Positions 1-13,266 of a stretch of 64,000 nt of DNA are shown here, piece after piece. A program made the position numbers and the translations under genes. Below the pieces are notes generated by a model. The model made no database searches. It was not told where the DNA came from and saw only the letters and a list, made by a program, of their open reading frames with translations. Source of the stretch: Felis catus (lineage: Eukaryota); assembly GCF_018350175.1 (NCBI RefSeq), contig NC_058368.1, positions 35,838,001-35,902,000 of the forward strand, read 5' to 3'. Position 1 is the stretch's first letter. The number at the start of each line of letters is the position of its first letter.

Positions 1-156
1 AGCAAGACGAGGGTGGAACTTGTAAGGTCCATAAGAACAGGAATAGTAGAACTCCAGCATCTAGAAGAGACAATTCTGGGAGCTACACAATGAACATCTA
101 CTGAGTGAATGTCTCAGAATTAACCTACAAAACACTGGTGAAGAAACAGTAGATTT

Positions 157-361
157 GGGGCACCTGGATGGCTCAGTCGGTTGGGCATCCGACTTCAGCT
201 CAGGTCATGATCTTGAGTTCGAGACCCGCGTCGGGCTGTGTGCTGAAAGCTCAGAGCCTGGAGCCTGCTTCGGATTCTGTGTCTCCCTCTCTCTCTGCCC
301 CTCCCCCGCTCAAGCTCTGTCTCTGTCTCTCTCAAAAATAAACATTAAAAAAAATTTTTTT
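157..361 (+). mobile_element. Felid CanSINE (SINEC_Fc-type)
   Basis: ggggcacctggatggctcagtcggtt head, (CT)n tract, aataaa and A tail. Flanks gaagaaacag(tag)attt form a TSD with a 3-bp indel. Confidence 0.93.
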
Positions 362-1430
362 TGAAGAAACAGATTTGATGTCCCACAACAAATCATATTT
401 GAGCTTAAATGTTTAACTGATTAATGTCTCATAAAGTGAAAAAGAAAATCCAATCATATAATTATATTAAGAAAGAATATTCAGAATACCAAGACAAGCA
501 AAGCACAACAAAAAAGAACGCCATTTTGATAAATATTAAGCAATCTAATTAGACAGCCGCCATACCTATTTCTGTATGACATTTTTGACCTGCAAATTGT
601 GCCTTCACACAGTGGAGGCAGCTCTGTAATTACACCGATCACAACAGTTAAAAAGCTTAGTAAGAGAATGAGCCAGTAAATCAAGGTAAAAGACATAATT
701 GCCATAATTGCCATATTCGAAGACCATTCAAGGCTGCTTGTTATCTACAGTCCAATATAGTTATATAGCTTTCTATATAGTTATATATGTAAAAACAGCA
801 AGAAGAACCAAAAAGTCAGGTTGTTTAGCTTTTTCCAGCTGAAATGAAAATTTTTGTAAGCTAAATTTAGGAAGATTTCTAGCCTAGTTTCTGCTGGTTT
901 CACTTTAATTTAAAGATTTTTAACATCTAGATGGTCTTTACTGATCATCTGTCAGAATCCTGGTGAAAATATTTAAAAGTCCGTTATTACAAAAACTTAT
1001 TTGCTGTGCTAGACTACACTGAATCTTTGTAGGATATTAGATTAATTTAGAACAACAGCATAAAGTTCTTGATATTGCCAAAGTGTGTTAATCTCCAACC
1101 TTGACCTTCACTGTTCTGCAAAACCTGATTTGTCAAGTTTTCATATCTGTACAGAATACTATTAAAACACCTTTCTAAAGAGGTCCTTTTCTGAAAAATA
1201 TAGTTTGCTGTTTCATTTCTCCAAAATTTAGTTCACATATTTTGTTTAAAGTCTTTTTAGTCTGTCCATATTTTTTTCATTAGTATAATCTAAGTATTGA
1301 TTTGCAATACCATTTGCCGTAAGCTGGTATTAACAGAGTTGGTTGTTTATGATCTAATATATTTAACTGTCTGTCCTATTTACATTTCAGTCTATAAATT
1401 CCTCAGGCTGAAACTTAATTTCTGTTCTTT

Positions 1431-1665
1431 TTTTTTTTAATTTTTTTTAAATTTTTTTTTAGCGTTTATTTATTTCTGAGACAGAGAGACAGACAGGGCA
1501 CGAGCAGGGGAGGGGCAGAGAGAGAGGGAGACACAGAATCTGAAACAGGCTCCAGGCTCCGAGCTGTTGGCACGGAGCCCGACGCGGGGCTCGAACTCAC
1601 GGACCGCGAGATCATGACCTGAGCCAAAGTCAGACGCTTAACCGACTGAGCCACCCAGGGGCCCC
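1431..1665 (-). mobile_element. Felid CanSINE, young and CpG-rich
   Basis: Full reverse-complement element. TSD tctgttcttt at 1421-1430 and 1666-1675. Confidence 0.95.
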
Positions 1666-1707
1666 TCTGTTCTTTCTTAATAGGAGACTGTGGCATTTGC
1701 ATTATTT

Positions 1708-1767
1708 TCCTCCTCTTCCTCTTCCTCCTCCTGCTCCTCCTCCTCCTCCTCCTCCTCCTCTTCTTCT
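1708..1767. repeat. (CCT/CTT)n microsatellite
   Basis: Run of tcctcctcttcctcttcctcctcc... Confidence 0.9.
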
Positions 1768-4599
1768 GTAACAGAGGCTATCTTTCAGTTTTGGCTTTAG
1801 TTTCTTAATAAGTAAAGTGAAAGAATTACAATATGACAGCATTTTCTCAGTTTCAGGTGCCTATCTACCAAGGCTGGCATTCTATATTCTTTTGTAAATG
1901 GAATGCAGTAGATCAGAGCAGATTGGATTAGCAAATCAACTACATCACATAAAGGTAAAAACTGTGAAATTTTTGTCTTCAGATTTTTTGGTAGGTGTGT
2001 GTGCAGATATATATGTACTGGGTCTTATGTAGTATGTTTTTTTAAATGTGGGCTGAAGTCAAAAAAGTTTGAAAGACACTGGGGATACAAGATCTTGAGG
2101 TTCCTTCAATATCTACATTCCATAATTGCTAAAGGCATTCACATAGGTGTTAACCTTTCTTCTTAGATCACTGCTCGTTAAGGACTACTACTGAATCACA
2201 TGCAATTTTATCCGAAAAAGACTATTAAGAAAAATTCTAATACATAAGCACATTAATGGTAAGAAAATATTCATTATGGAGTAAAACTTGAAAGAAATAG
2301 ATTTCTAGCAATTTCTTTTTCTCAAAAACAAGCAAAGCCAGAGCTTAATTTTCATTAAAAATTTTAATTTGAAACACCTTAATCTAACTATAACTACTGA
2401 GAAGATAATAATAAAATCTCCTATTGAAAAAGTAGTGTAACTAGTGTGTCCTATCATTTTATTCTAATGTTTGAAATAAAAATATCCTGGAAGCTTTCTG
2501 GAAGAAGTCCTTATAAAAGGAAAATATATAAATTTTGATGAATTCATTGCAGATAACATTTGAAGAATGGTAGTCAAGATATGAAGGTTTAATTATATTT
2601 GCCTTTTATACCTTCAGTACCATGGTCCTTAGGTTTCAGTCATACATTTGCTCAGAAGAAAACCCCAAGCACATATTCATGCCAATCTCTTTCACTATCA
2701 CTCTTAGCAGGTTGAAGAGCTATTCAGAGAGGACCAATGTGTGGCACAACGCATGTCATTTCCCTATCCAGCACCAGCACAGACATCACTAAATGAGCAC
2801 AGAGTTCTTTCTGCTTGAACCTTTCCCAAGCCAGTACTCCAGGAAGTGAATGTGAGTCAGTAAGCTGTTGAGAGGAAATATTTTCCTTTTCTGGCCAAAT
2901 CAGAATCCATTTATGTCAGAAAACTCTGACATGGAGACCAAATTGCCATTACACAGATACTCCTAGCCTTGTACGTTCAACTGACTGATACATGCATGGA
3001 TTCAGAAATCTAGTTTGATTTAGGTAACACCAAGTCATGACATAATCTGTTACCTCTAACCTTATACTGTATTTATTCCTAAGGCTGCTTGATTTAATAA
3101 AACCCAACTTATTCATATTCTTCAAACTCAGGAGTCAAGATAATAGATGAAGGCAGATATCTGGTTCTTCCGATCTCCCTTTCTTTGTTCCCCATTAAAA
3201 CCCACATTCCCATTGAACGGCTTAGTAATGGAAATAATACATAATACATCATGTGCTGCACGAAAATAAATGCAGTAAGTATTATCTATGGACAACAGAA
3301 TCTTGGGGGTCAAAAAAAAAACATGCAAGCCTAGTTTAATTCAACAAAAAGCATCATGAAGCCTAACTGTTACAAACAAATACCTACTTTTCTTTTTGGC
3401 TCATCAACATTATCTCCTATCAAAAGTTAATGCTTATGAATTATTGAATCAGTGAGAATACTCTGCCCCTTGAAACCACCTGACTTTGCCTCCAAGGAGT
3501 CATGTCACTTCCTCTTCATGTCAATGTCTTGCATGGCTGAGTTGCCACAATCCGCTTTGGCCACTAAAGCTCAAGTCATTCGAAGCCATCAAATCAATTA
3601 TAACAGCCCCTGCTGTCTTACACCGACAACCAGTGATTGATAACAAAACCTATCTGCTCTCAGTTCTCATCTGACAGCAACACATGAGTCCCCGCCTGCT
3701 CTTACTGGCATTTATCATAAATCAATGGCAATTCCACCCTGCAGAAAGGTGCCGGCCACTGTCTTTAGCCCGTTTAGTCTCATTTAATTGTCAAGTGTTA
3801 AAAATGTACTATTAAACCAGATTAATGCCAAAAGTTTATTTCTTCAAATATCTGATATTACATGTAAGTAATCACATAATTTAATACCGCATAAAGTTTC
3901 TATTCTTTAATTCAATTTCCAAGTGACTAAAACACCATTAAAACTTGGAAAGAGAAAATTGTACACTCTGGAATCCTGTGATTTTACATTTAGTAGAGAA
4001 AAACGACATTTCCTTTCTGAATATTTCAGATCTGATGTCATGTTTTTTTAACTGACTGTTTCAAAATATCTCAAAAACGGGGATTTTACTATTTGGGAAA
4101 GTCATTATAAAAATTAAGGAAAAACATCAATGCAATATTATAAGCAAATATTAGTCAACAAGCATTTAACATTAGCTGCATGTAGAAGGCTGTGCTTTGT
4201 AGATAGGGAAATCTACAATTTCCTGAAAAAGTTACTTATGGACTGAGACCAGTATACTTTAATTTGTGGAGCTGAGTAACACCTTAGTCATTTCATCTAG
4301 TTTGTAGAATTTGGAGCACACTTTTGAGAATCTATATAACCTTACCATGTAATTTTCAACATCAAAAAACAGCGAATAAAAAAATCTGGGTACATTTGCC
4401 ATCATATTAGGTAGCATGCTAACTTACGCAGGAATGAATGACCCTTGCAGGGATCTTATACAGTACGACTACAGGTAACCAATGGAGACGCAAAACTGAG
4501 GAGGTCATACCAGCCATGGAATATAAGAAGAGAACATGTCAGGGACTAAGGCAGTAACCATGCTACCGGCTCCAAACCCCAACATGTGTGTGCTTAAAA

Positions 4600-4782
4600 G
4601 CTTGATTTAAATCTCAATTCAGCTAACTAGTTGTATGACCTTGGGTTAAGCTATCTCTTAACTTCACCTTTTTCTCATCTGAAAAAAATGCATGTACCTC
4701 AAAAAGGTTGATTCGAGTTCAAAATGAATTAACCTATATGAGAAAACACTGGGCATATGGTAGTTGATTGTTAAATATTAGT
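4600..4782 (+). mobile_element. MIR SINE remnant
   Basis: MIR core-like tgtatgaccttgggttaag ... tttctcatctgaaaaaaatg. Confidence 0.6.
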
Positions 4783-6686
4783 GTCTCTTCCCCTTTATAC
4801 ATAAATCGTCACCTTCAAAACACCTTCCAAGTTTAGTTGCCATTCTCCGAAATATACAAGATCTATCTTCTTCATTTAAAATATAAACTTACCTGATTTA
4901 TAGAACTCCCTGCCCAAACTGGAATCCTGGCAAAAATGGTCTGAGGTCATTTTAATAAAGATCCTGGCCAAGAAGCCAGTGTGCTATAGTGAGGGCATCA
5001 TTGTAGTAAGAGGGTGCAGGTGACTGGGGCTGGGGAAACTGGGGTGGCCAGCTGAAGGAGAAGGATGCTCATCAGAGCAGCCTCCAGAGGGACTGAGCTT
5101 TCCGCTTTGTCCAGACCCAGAGCACGCCACAGACTAGCCAAAGCAGTGCCTATGTTGCTGAAGAGATGTCAGATTCCCTTTAGGTTGCTTCTTCCCTTCC
5201 GTGTGCTGGGGAAGGAGGGGGCTATTGTGCGAGGCAGGCCCCAGCCCAGATTTAACCTACTATCAAATACTAAGACTACCAAGAAGAAAATATGCACAAG
5301 AGAATACATTCATCAACATTATATGCTTAAAACCTTTAAGCCCATTAATCCATGAAGATATGTTTAAGTGGCCCCACTTTAAAAATCTGGTCCTTCATGT
5401 AAAACCTTGCACCCATAAGGGAATTCTGTAGATCAAGTCGGGTCCGCCTCTCTTCCAATAGCAGTTACAGATTGACTTGAAAGCCTACCTTTCTAAATTT
5501 CAAATACTTGGTTTGACCACTCTCTATATTATCTATCTATAGATTATCTATAGATTATCCACTCTATAGATTATCTATCTAGATATCTATCAATAGATAA
5601 TATATAGATTATAGATCTGTCCCCAAAAACCCGACTGTGTTTACATGTTTACAACCAACGGCTTTCTCACTTTTTTTTTCAACCAGCAGTGAAGTAATAC
5701 GATTTCATGTATTAAGAATGTTTCAGAGGTTAAGATCTCCTTACTGGCCTGCTGTCTCTCCTGACCATGCCGTAAAGATCTATCCCTCGTGCTCAGGTCC
5801 AAAGTATCAAAATTAACAACTGTTAGTAGAGGGATTAATATAGGGATTTGAAGTTTTGAATTTGCATTTCGTTAAGAATGTGATCCTGCAGAATAACGTG
5901 CTGTATAAAAGAAACTAACCACATTTTGCCTACTGAATTGTAATTTGAATCTTGAATCTATTCAGCATTCTAATATTCAATTGTTGGAGGTGGCATGATA
6001 TAGTAGAAAAACCACATCAGATGCAGGAATCAAAAACTTCTTTACGCAGTATGTGGCAGTGTGAGCTGGTCAGTTAACTACTGTTAAGTACTTTTTCTTC
6101 ATTTGTTAATTGGGAATACCAACATCAACATATGGACCTCACACTGTTGTTCCGAGCATCAATGACAATACCCCCTGTACTGGTGTCATCAGAAGTATGA
6201 TAGATTCCATGGTCATTAATGTTTGTAAATATTACTCTAGGTCGGGCATTCTGTAGAAAGCTACTAAACACAGAACGTACTTGGTACCTACAGCAATCTA
6301 CAAAGTACCTTTATTTTATGGAGTTTAAAGAAAAGGAAACAGATATAGCAAGACTGAGTATTAATACCAAACCTGGCATTTGAACCCAGGTCTGCTTATC
6401 CCAATGCATATGCTCTTACCACAGGGCTACAGTGACTCCTGTTAAGCACTGCAAAATGCAATGCAGAACACCAGAAAGTACACAAGGGTGTACTTACATA
6501 CCAATCATGACACTTCAGCAGACACGCACCATTTACATTTCTGATACCACATATATGCCCATCTTACCTACTTACTCAAGGGTAGGTGGCAGAATTATTT
6601 CAGAACACTCCTTAATTCCTTGGAAAATATATTCTTGTCTAAGAATAATTCAGGAACATGTTAAGCACAAAATTTAGGAAATACAG

Positions 6687-6870
6687 GTTTTGGAGTCAGA
6701 AAGATCTGAGTTCCAATTCACCTTCACTGCGCTCTACATATGAGGCCAAACACAAAGGATTTCCTCTCTCTTTACTCTGGAAATGGGAGTAATTTGACTT
6801 GCTTCATTGGACCATTCCAAGAATTAACTACACAGTGTCTGCCACGTAGACAGCACTCTGTGAACGACGC
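6687..6870 (+). mobile_element. MIR SINE remnant
   Basis: tttggagtcagaaagatctgagttc ... ggaaatgggagtaat. Confidence 0.6.
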
Positions 6871-7541
6871 CTTCTAATACTAACTGCAATGATTGTCCTA
6901 ATGACATTTAATTAGCCCGTGTGCTGGGATTTCTCACATGCTAAATGTAGCATCATACACCAAGGCCTTCCACAACATGCAAAATTAGTAAACGGTGGAC
7001 ATTTAAGCAGTGGATAAAAATGCCTTGGAGAAGAATGAAACCAAGTTAAATTCTAGCATAGGTATCTTGAGAAAAACAACAAGATGCATGCGAAGGCTCA
7101 AGAAACTTATAACATGCTAGAATTAAATATGTTATCTACCTTTCTTTTACAAGTTAAAATCATTTGATATAAATTTGAAACACAACACAGTTACTCCTCT
7201 CCTATCCTTCACACTATAGTAAGAAGATGAGAAACAGGGGATGAGGGAGTAAGAAGATGAACAGAGAAGGTGTAGCCTGAAAGCATGGAGGCATTTTCTC
7301 AGACAGAGTCAGACATCCGCAGAGTAGCTCAAGGAATCCATACCCCAGGCTGGAAGGCAAAATAAGCCTTGAGGATGAGGAGCAAGTAGGGGTGAGGTCA
7401 GGTGCTAACCTGGAATTGTAGGAAAGCAAGATGGTTAGTTATTCCCTGTGCCCTACACCAGCAGTGAGCAGGTCATTTTTACAGTTGAATTAGCTGCCAT
7501 CCCTGACAAGACAAACACGATCAACTTAAAGGAAACTTTAT

Positions 7542-7732
7542 GGGGCTTCTGGGTGGTTTAGTCAGTTGAGCATGTGACTTTGGCTCAGGTCATCATCTCA
7601 CAGTTTGTGAATTTGAGCCCCACATCAGGCTTTGTGCTGACAGCTCAGAGCCCACTTTAGATCGTCTGTCCCCCTCTCTCTGCCCCTCCCCCACTTGTGA
7701 TCGCTGACAACAATAAACATTAAAAAAAAAAA
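7542..7732 (+). mobile_element. CanSINE
   Basis: tRNA-derived head, ggctcaggtcatcatctcac, A tail, degenerate TSD ggaaa(c/t)ttta. Confidence 0.9.
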
Positions 7733-8689
7733 GAGGAAATTTTACAATGAGCAGGTGCTGTTTTAAAGAAAGAGAATGGGTACAAGGTACAAGGGATGGG
7801 GTAGTTAAGAAAGAAGAAATACATAGGGAGGTTTTATTTCTTGAATTTCTTCTCATTACAGGGATATTTGGGGTGGTGCATGCAGGGGAGACAAATATAC
7901 AAAGAGAAAATGTGAGTAAATATGTACAAAGGGGAGAGAAAATATATATTCTAATAGCACTTATTCTGTTGTACTTATTTGAGTGTCTCATCTCTACATA
8001 ATAAAAATATTACAGATTTAAGCATATTTCAGACAGAAGAATACCAATGGAAGGGCAAAGCTGTAAGTATCGCTAGCAGTGAGTGAAAGGGTTACAAAAT
8101 GCTGTTTCTCCAGAGGTATATTCCACTCTCTAATGCTAAATTATTTATATAATCTTAAATAAACTAAAAATGATTAGGGAGACGGATAATAAAGGCTTCA
8201 TGCAAGAACAAAATCTATGGCCCAATTCAAGTAAAACTAATATATTTATAGTAAACATTGACAAATTCATCTCTTAAATTCCAAAATTTAACCTATTTGA
8301 ATATTACTCACCATAACACAATTTTAAACTAGAAAAACCATGCGTGGGAATGACTTATATCACAATCACGTTCACAGTTTTTTTTTCTGTCATGGGCATG
8401 GCCTCAAGTTGACATAAAAATATTTTTCTGCCTCCTTTATGCAGTTTCAACAAAACAGTGCTAAATCAAAATTATGTAAAGTAAATTAAAAACACAGAAA
8501 ACAAAGTAAAACATTTTCAAATATTTAAGCTATATTCTTTTCTGACAGCTTGTACTTCAAACTTCAAAAAAGTATAGTAATTAAGAATTCAAAATGTTGT
8601 TGTTGTTTTTAATCCAGATCTGGAATTAACTTTGTTACAAGAAAAGTGGGAAGTTTTAGAAATATTCTTTAAAGATATTTCCGTAAGGT

Positions 8690-8850
8690 GGGGAGCGTGT
8701 TTAAGGAGGAAGATGAAGAAGTTCTGGAGGTGGATGGTGGTGATGGCTATGAAATAGTGTGAATACAATGCCACAGATATGTCCACTTAGAAACGGTAAA
8801 AATGATAAACTCTGTGTTATGTACATTTTACCGAAATAAAAAAATACGTA
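8690..8850 (+). mobile_element. L1 3' end fragment (L1MB-like)
   Basis: gaagttctggaggtggatggtggtgatgg ... atgtacattttaccgaaataaaaaa, typical of an old L1 3' UTR terminus. Confidence 0.7.
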
Positions 8851-8964
8851 AACAAAGATGAAAAATATAGGATAAAGATACAAATAAAAATAAATGATAG
8901 AAGATTAAAAACCCCATATTCCTGATAGCAATACTAAATACGGAAGGTTCAAAAAAAAAAAAAA

Positions 8965-10070
8965 AAGCTTTAGAAGAAAACAGAACATATTCATGACCTT
9001 GAGGTAGGCAAAGATTTCTTAAATAGGACACTCCAAGTGTTAACCATAAAAAGGAGGGCTGACTAACTGAACTACATTAAAATTAAGGTGTTCTGTTTAT
9101 AAAAGCACTGCTGAAAACGTGAAAAGGAAAGTTACGGAGAGAGAGAAGTTATTTGCACTACATATACCCACCAAAGTACTTGGATCCAGAGTATATCAAG
9201 GACTCCTCAAATGGATAAGAAAAAGACAACTCAATAGAAAACTGGAAAAAGACTTAATCATGACACTTCGTAAAAAAGGTTACAAATTAAAGGGATTATA
9301 AATTAAATCCCCATTATAATACCAATACACACCAGCAAAATGGTTTAAAAAAGAATTTTAAAAGATTGATAATTTTAAAAGATTGTTCTCAAGTGTTACT
9401 GAGAACATGTAACAACTGTAATCTCATTTACTGCTGATGGAAGCAAAAATTGGTGAGTTCTCCTTGGAACATCTTCCAATAATGTTCTTGTAAGTGAAAC
9501 GTAAGTACACACTATGATCCAACAATTAATTCCATTCCTAGGCGTACACTCAACAGAAATGCACAGTTATGTTCACGGAAAGACAGGTTTAAAAATGTTC
9601 ACAGAAGCAGTGTTCAGAACAGCTCCGAACTGGAAACAAACCAGATGCACTGCAGCAGCAGGTTAGGTAAATCGCGCAGTTTGAACAATGGAATATTAGA
9701 CACCAGAAAGGATTAGCAAACAATTGTTATGTGTAACATTATGATTGAATCTAACAGGTTGAGTGAAAGGCGGCAAATTCCAAAGAGAACAGACTGTGAT
9801 ACTCCATTTGTATGAAGTTCCCAAACCCACAAAAGTACTGATGGTCCTAAAATGCACAGAATCATTATCCTTGGGAGGTGATGTAGGGAGTGAGAGGAGT
9901 TAGTGATTGGGAGGGGACAGAAAATGGTATCCCCGGGGGTACTGGTGAGGTGCTATTCCTTGGTATACGTGGGGTTATGTGGTGTGTGCATTTTGAGAAA
10001 ATGCACTGAATGATCTACCTTTACACTCAATGGGTTTCTCTGCATGTATGTAATATTTCAGTAAAGTGCT
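8965..10070 (+). mobile_element. Old L1 (L1ME-like), ORF2 3' end and 3' UTR
   Basis: gaccttgaggtaggcaaagatttcttaaatagg, aactacattaaaattaag and ttccattcctaggcgtacactcaacagaaatg are degenerate L1 ORF2 landmarks. Confidence 0.8.
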
Positions 10071-10523
10071 CATCAATGAAAGAGCAAATATGTAACTATT
10101 AACACTAAAATCAGAAAACGGGTTAAGTGGAAATGTAAAAAAGCCTCAATTTGCAATGCAAAATGGAAAGGGTCATGATGCATTGAGAGGCATGTCTGCG
10201 AAACACTGAAGTGGAGGATGCTAGTTGCTGACACATGCCTCTGTGGATTTTCAGAAAAATACAGACTTCCTAAAGCTTTCAGAGTCTGGCAGGCATGTGA
10301 TTAGATAAGCAAGAGAAGGAAGGGCTGGGGCAAGGGAGAGCAGAGCCACACTGCAGTACGGAACCGGATGTGGGGTTGAAGGAGAAATAACAGTGACATG
10401 CACGCCCCCAGCCAAGGGAGGAAGCTACAGGTAAAGAAGTGAGACCACTAGGCTCCATCACAGAAAGTCTGTGACTAACAGGCACTACTAAGTGCCACAA
10501 CTGCTTGGACATTGAAAAGTAAG

Positions 10524-10685
10524 AAGGTGCCTGAGGGGCTTAGTCGGTTAAGCACTTGACTCTTGGTTTCAGCTCAGGTCATGACCTCACGACTTGTGGG
10601 TTCGAGCCTCACACCTAGCTCTGCGCTGACAGCACACAGTCTGCTTGGGATTCTGTCTCCCTCTCTTTCTCTCTGCTCCTCTCCT

Positions 10686-10717
<32 letters not shown>

Positions 10718-10770
10718 AGAAATAATAAATAACATTAAAAAAAAAAAAAAGAAAAAGAAAAAGAAAAAGA
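10524..10770 (+). mobile_element. CanSINE
   Basis: Head, (CT)n tract and long A/AAAAAG tail. Confidence 0.92.
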
Positions 10771-12558
10771 GAAGACCCAGGGCAACAGAATGAAAATATT
10801 TGAAGAAATTTGAATCTCAGTTTGAGATCATACAAACTGGCTCTCACCACCCACCCACCTCAATTCCTCCCCATGTTATTTTCAGCAATCCACGGAGGAA
10901 GAGTAATCTCAAAAGACCAGCATGTGATCTAAGCATAGAAGTCTCTAAAAGGAGGGGGAAAAAAAAGAGAAAAGGAATGTGTAGAAAGAAAAAAATTCAA
11001 GACCTGTCTAGTGTACACAGTAGGTCATGTTTCTACTCTATTCTACCATATTTTATGTTTACATTTAAGCAGCTTTGACAAGTCGCCCTTCATGAATTAT
11101 GACAAGACTCCTCAGAATTGAAGAAATGCAGATGTGGGGGGGGAGGTTCTCAGAGAGAGCATTCATAAATCTTAATGCTAGTTATTATAATATTGATTGA
11201 GATGAACATTCTTAATCTTAATGAAATGTTGGAATGTGACATACAGGGGCAACATTCCTAAAAGATCAAAACATTGTACATGTTGAAAAGTTGTGAGTCA
11301 CACTGGGAACTGCAAATGGCCAAGTTCGGCTAAGTGGTGGAATCTGGTGATGGTGTGCCCAAAGATGACCCTGGGGAGGGCCATGCAGGGTCATGTGGGG
11401 GAATTTACATTGGAAACTACTGAAATTTACACAGAGCATGGAAACATTTGTATTTTTGAATGATCGCTCTAGTAGTAGCACTATGAAGGGATGAATTGGA
11501 TGGGAGGAAAGCTGGAGGAAGGGAGTATGAGCAGGATAACTAACACAGTAAAAGTATCTAAAAAGGAGTATGGACTGAAAGAAGGCAGCGGCACTCAGAT
11601 AGAAGGCCAGATATAACCAACCTTATGGAGATAGGAAAATTGTACTTGGTGATCGATGTGGTGTGTATGTGGTAGCCGTGGTGAGGTTTCCAGGGTGGGG
11701 AACAAATAAACAGCGGGCTGGGTTGGAGTTAGGACGTGAGACCAGAGGATCCAGAAACATCCTGGTGAGGGTGCCCGAGGGATGATCACCCAGGGAGAGA
11801 ACACACACACCTTTGCCTTACTCCTTCTGAGGTCTGTATGACCAGTCCAACCTGAGGACTGTCAAAAAAAGGTATGAAGTATTCTTTTCTGCACATTTTA
11901 GAAAAAATGGCCAATTATCTTTCTGTAATGGTTATTCATAGATCTACTGAAGGGTTCCTTCTAGCCTTTTGATTCTATGACAACTGCCTTTTTCACAGTC
12001 ATATAGGGATGCTTGGGGAATTAATGGGAGATTTGTAAAGCATTTTCATTTCCTTTAAAGTTTTTATTTACTATCCATTTACATACTTTTAAATGCAGCT
12101 AGAAAAGCATATTTAAATTCAATTTCCTTTGAAATTGCCAAGGGACTGCAACAGGGAGAACAAAAAAGCACTTTAATAGAAGGAAAAGGTCCATATACCA
12201 AAGGCATTACTGTCACTTCCTTGTCTCAAGATATACACGGACATGTACACACACAAGTAAGACCATGCTATTCTTACACTAAATTTATGTTAGGATCAAT
12301 TTCTTTATTTTTTTTTCTGGTAAATTCTATACTGCTAAAATACCACTGGGTGCTGGTCACATGTGAAAATACATTGAACTATATATACACTGATGATTAC
12401 TGCATTTTCTAAATGTATGTAATAATTCAATTAAAAAACCCAAAAGTAAAAACCCAACTTTTAAAGATGATTATGAGTAAGTTAGATACCAGATGAAGAT
12501 GTAACATCAAGTACTTAGACGGATATCTGTCAATTATCTGAAAAAAATATGATCTTAG

Positions 12559-13266
12559 TGTTAGGTAGAAGCTAGACACAAGCAGTGGAAAGAACGCCCT
12601 GAGGGGCGTGCCAAGTCCTTGAAGGACGAGGGGAATGATAGAGACAGGAGCTGGAGGCAGGGACAATGAGAACCCCCCACCCCCACCCCCCACTGAGAAA
12701 GGCTTGCCATGAAGGTTCCAGTACAAACGTTGTAGGGTCCAAAACTTCCTTTCCCAACCTGCAGGGGGACTTTCCCAAAGGACTGGGAGCAGCCTCCATA
12801 AGATACCACCCCACTGTACTTCCCAGCTCCTCCCAGCCCAGAAAGACCCATAAATATCCAATCCCCAAACAACGTAGGGTCAGTTGCACTTCTCAGAACC
12901 TGCCCGCTGTCCCACCTTGAGAGTGTACTTTCACTTTAATAAACTGCTTTGCGCTTGCTATGTTCCTTCTGGCTATCTTTTTTTTTTTTTTTTTTTTAAC
13001 GTTTTTTATTTATTTCAGAGAGAGCAGGAGCAGAGAATGGGTGGAGAGAGGGAGACAGAGCATCTGGAGGAGGCTCTACGTTGACAGCAGAGACCCCGGT
13101 AGGAGGCTTGAACCCACGAACTGTGAGATGATGACCTGGGCCGAAGTAGGACACCCAACCGACTGAGCCACGCAGGCACCCCCCTCCTGGCTATCTTTAT
13201 TCCAGTGCAGATGCCCACATAAATCTCCTGGGGAATGCAAAGAGGAAGACCTCCATTCACACAACA
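12559..13266 (+). mobile_element. Probable solo ERV LTR (about 490 bp) interrupted by a CanSINE
   Basis: TGTT...AACA termini, GC-richer body, TATA-like cataaata at 12849-12856, gagagtgtacttt followed by AATAAA at 12938-12943. No clean TSD seen. Confidence 0.65.
12981..13182 (-). mobile_element. CanSINE nested in the LTR
   Basis: TSD cct(t/c)ctggctatcttt at 12965-12980 and 13183-13198. Confidence 0.93.
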
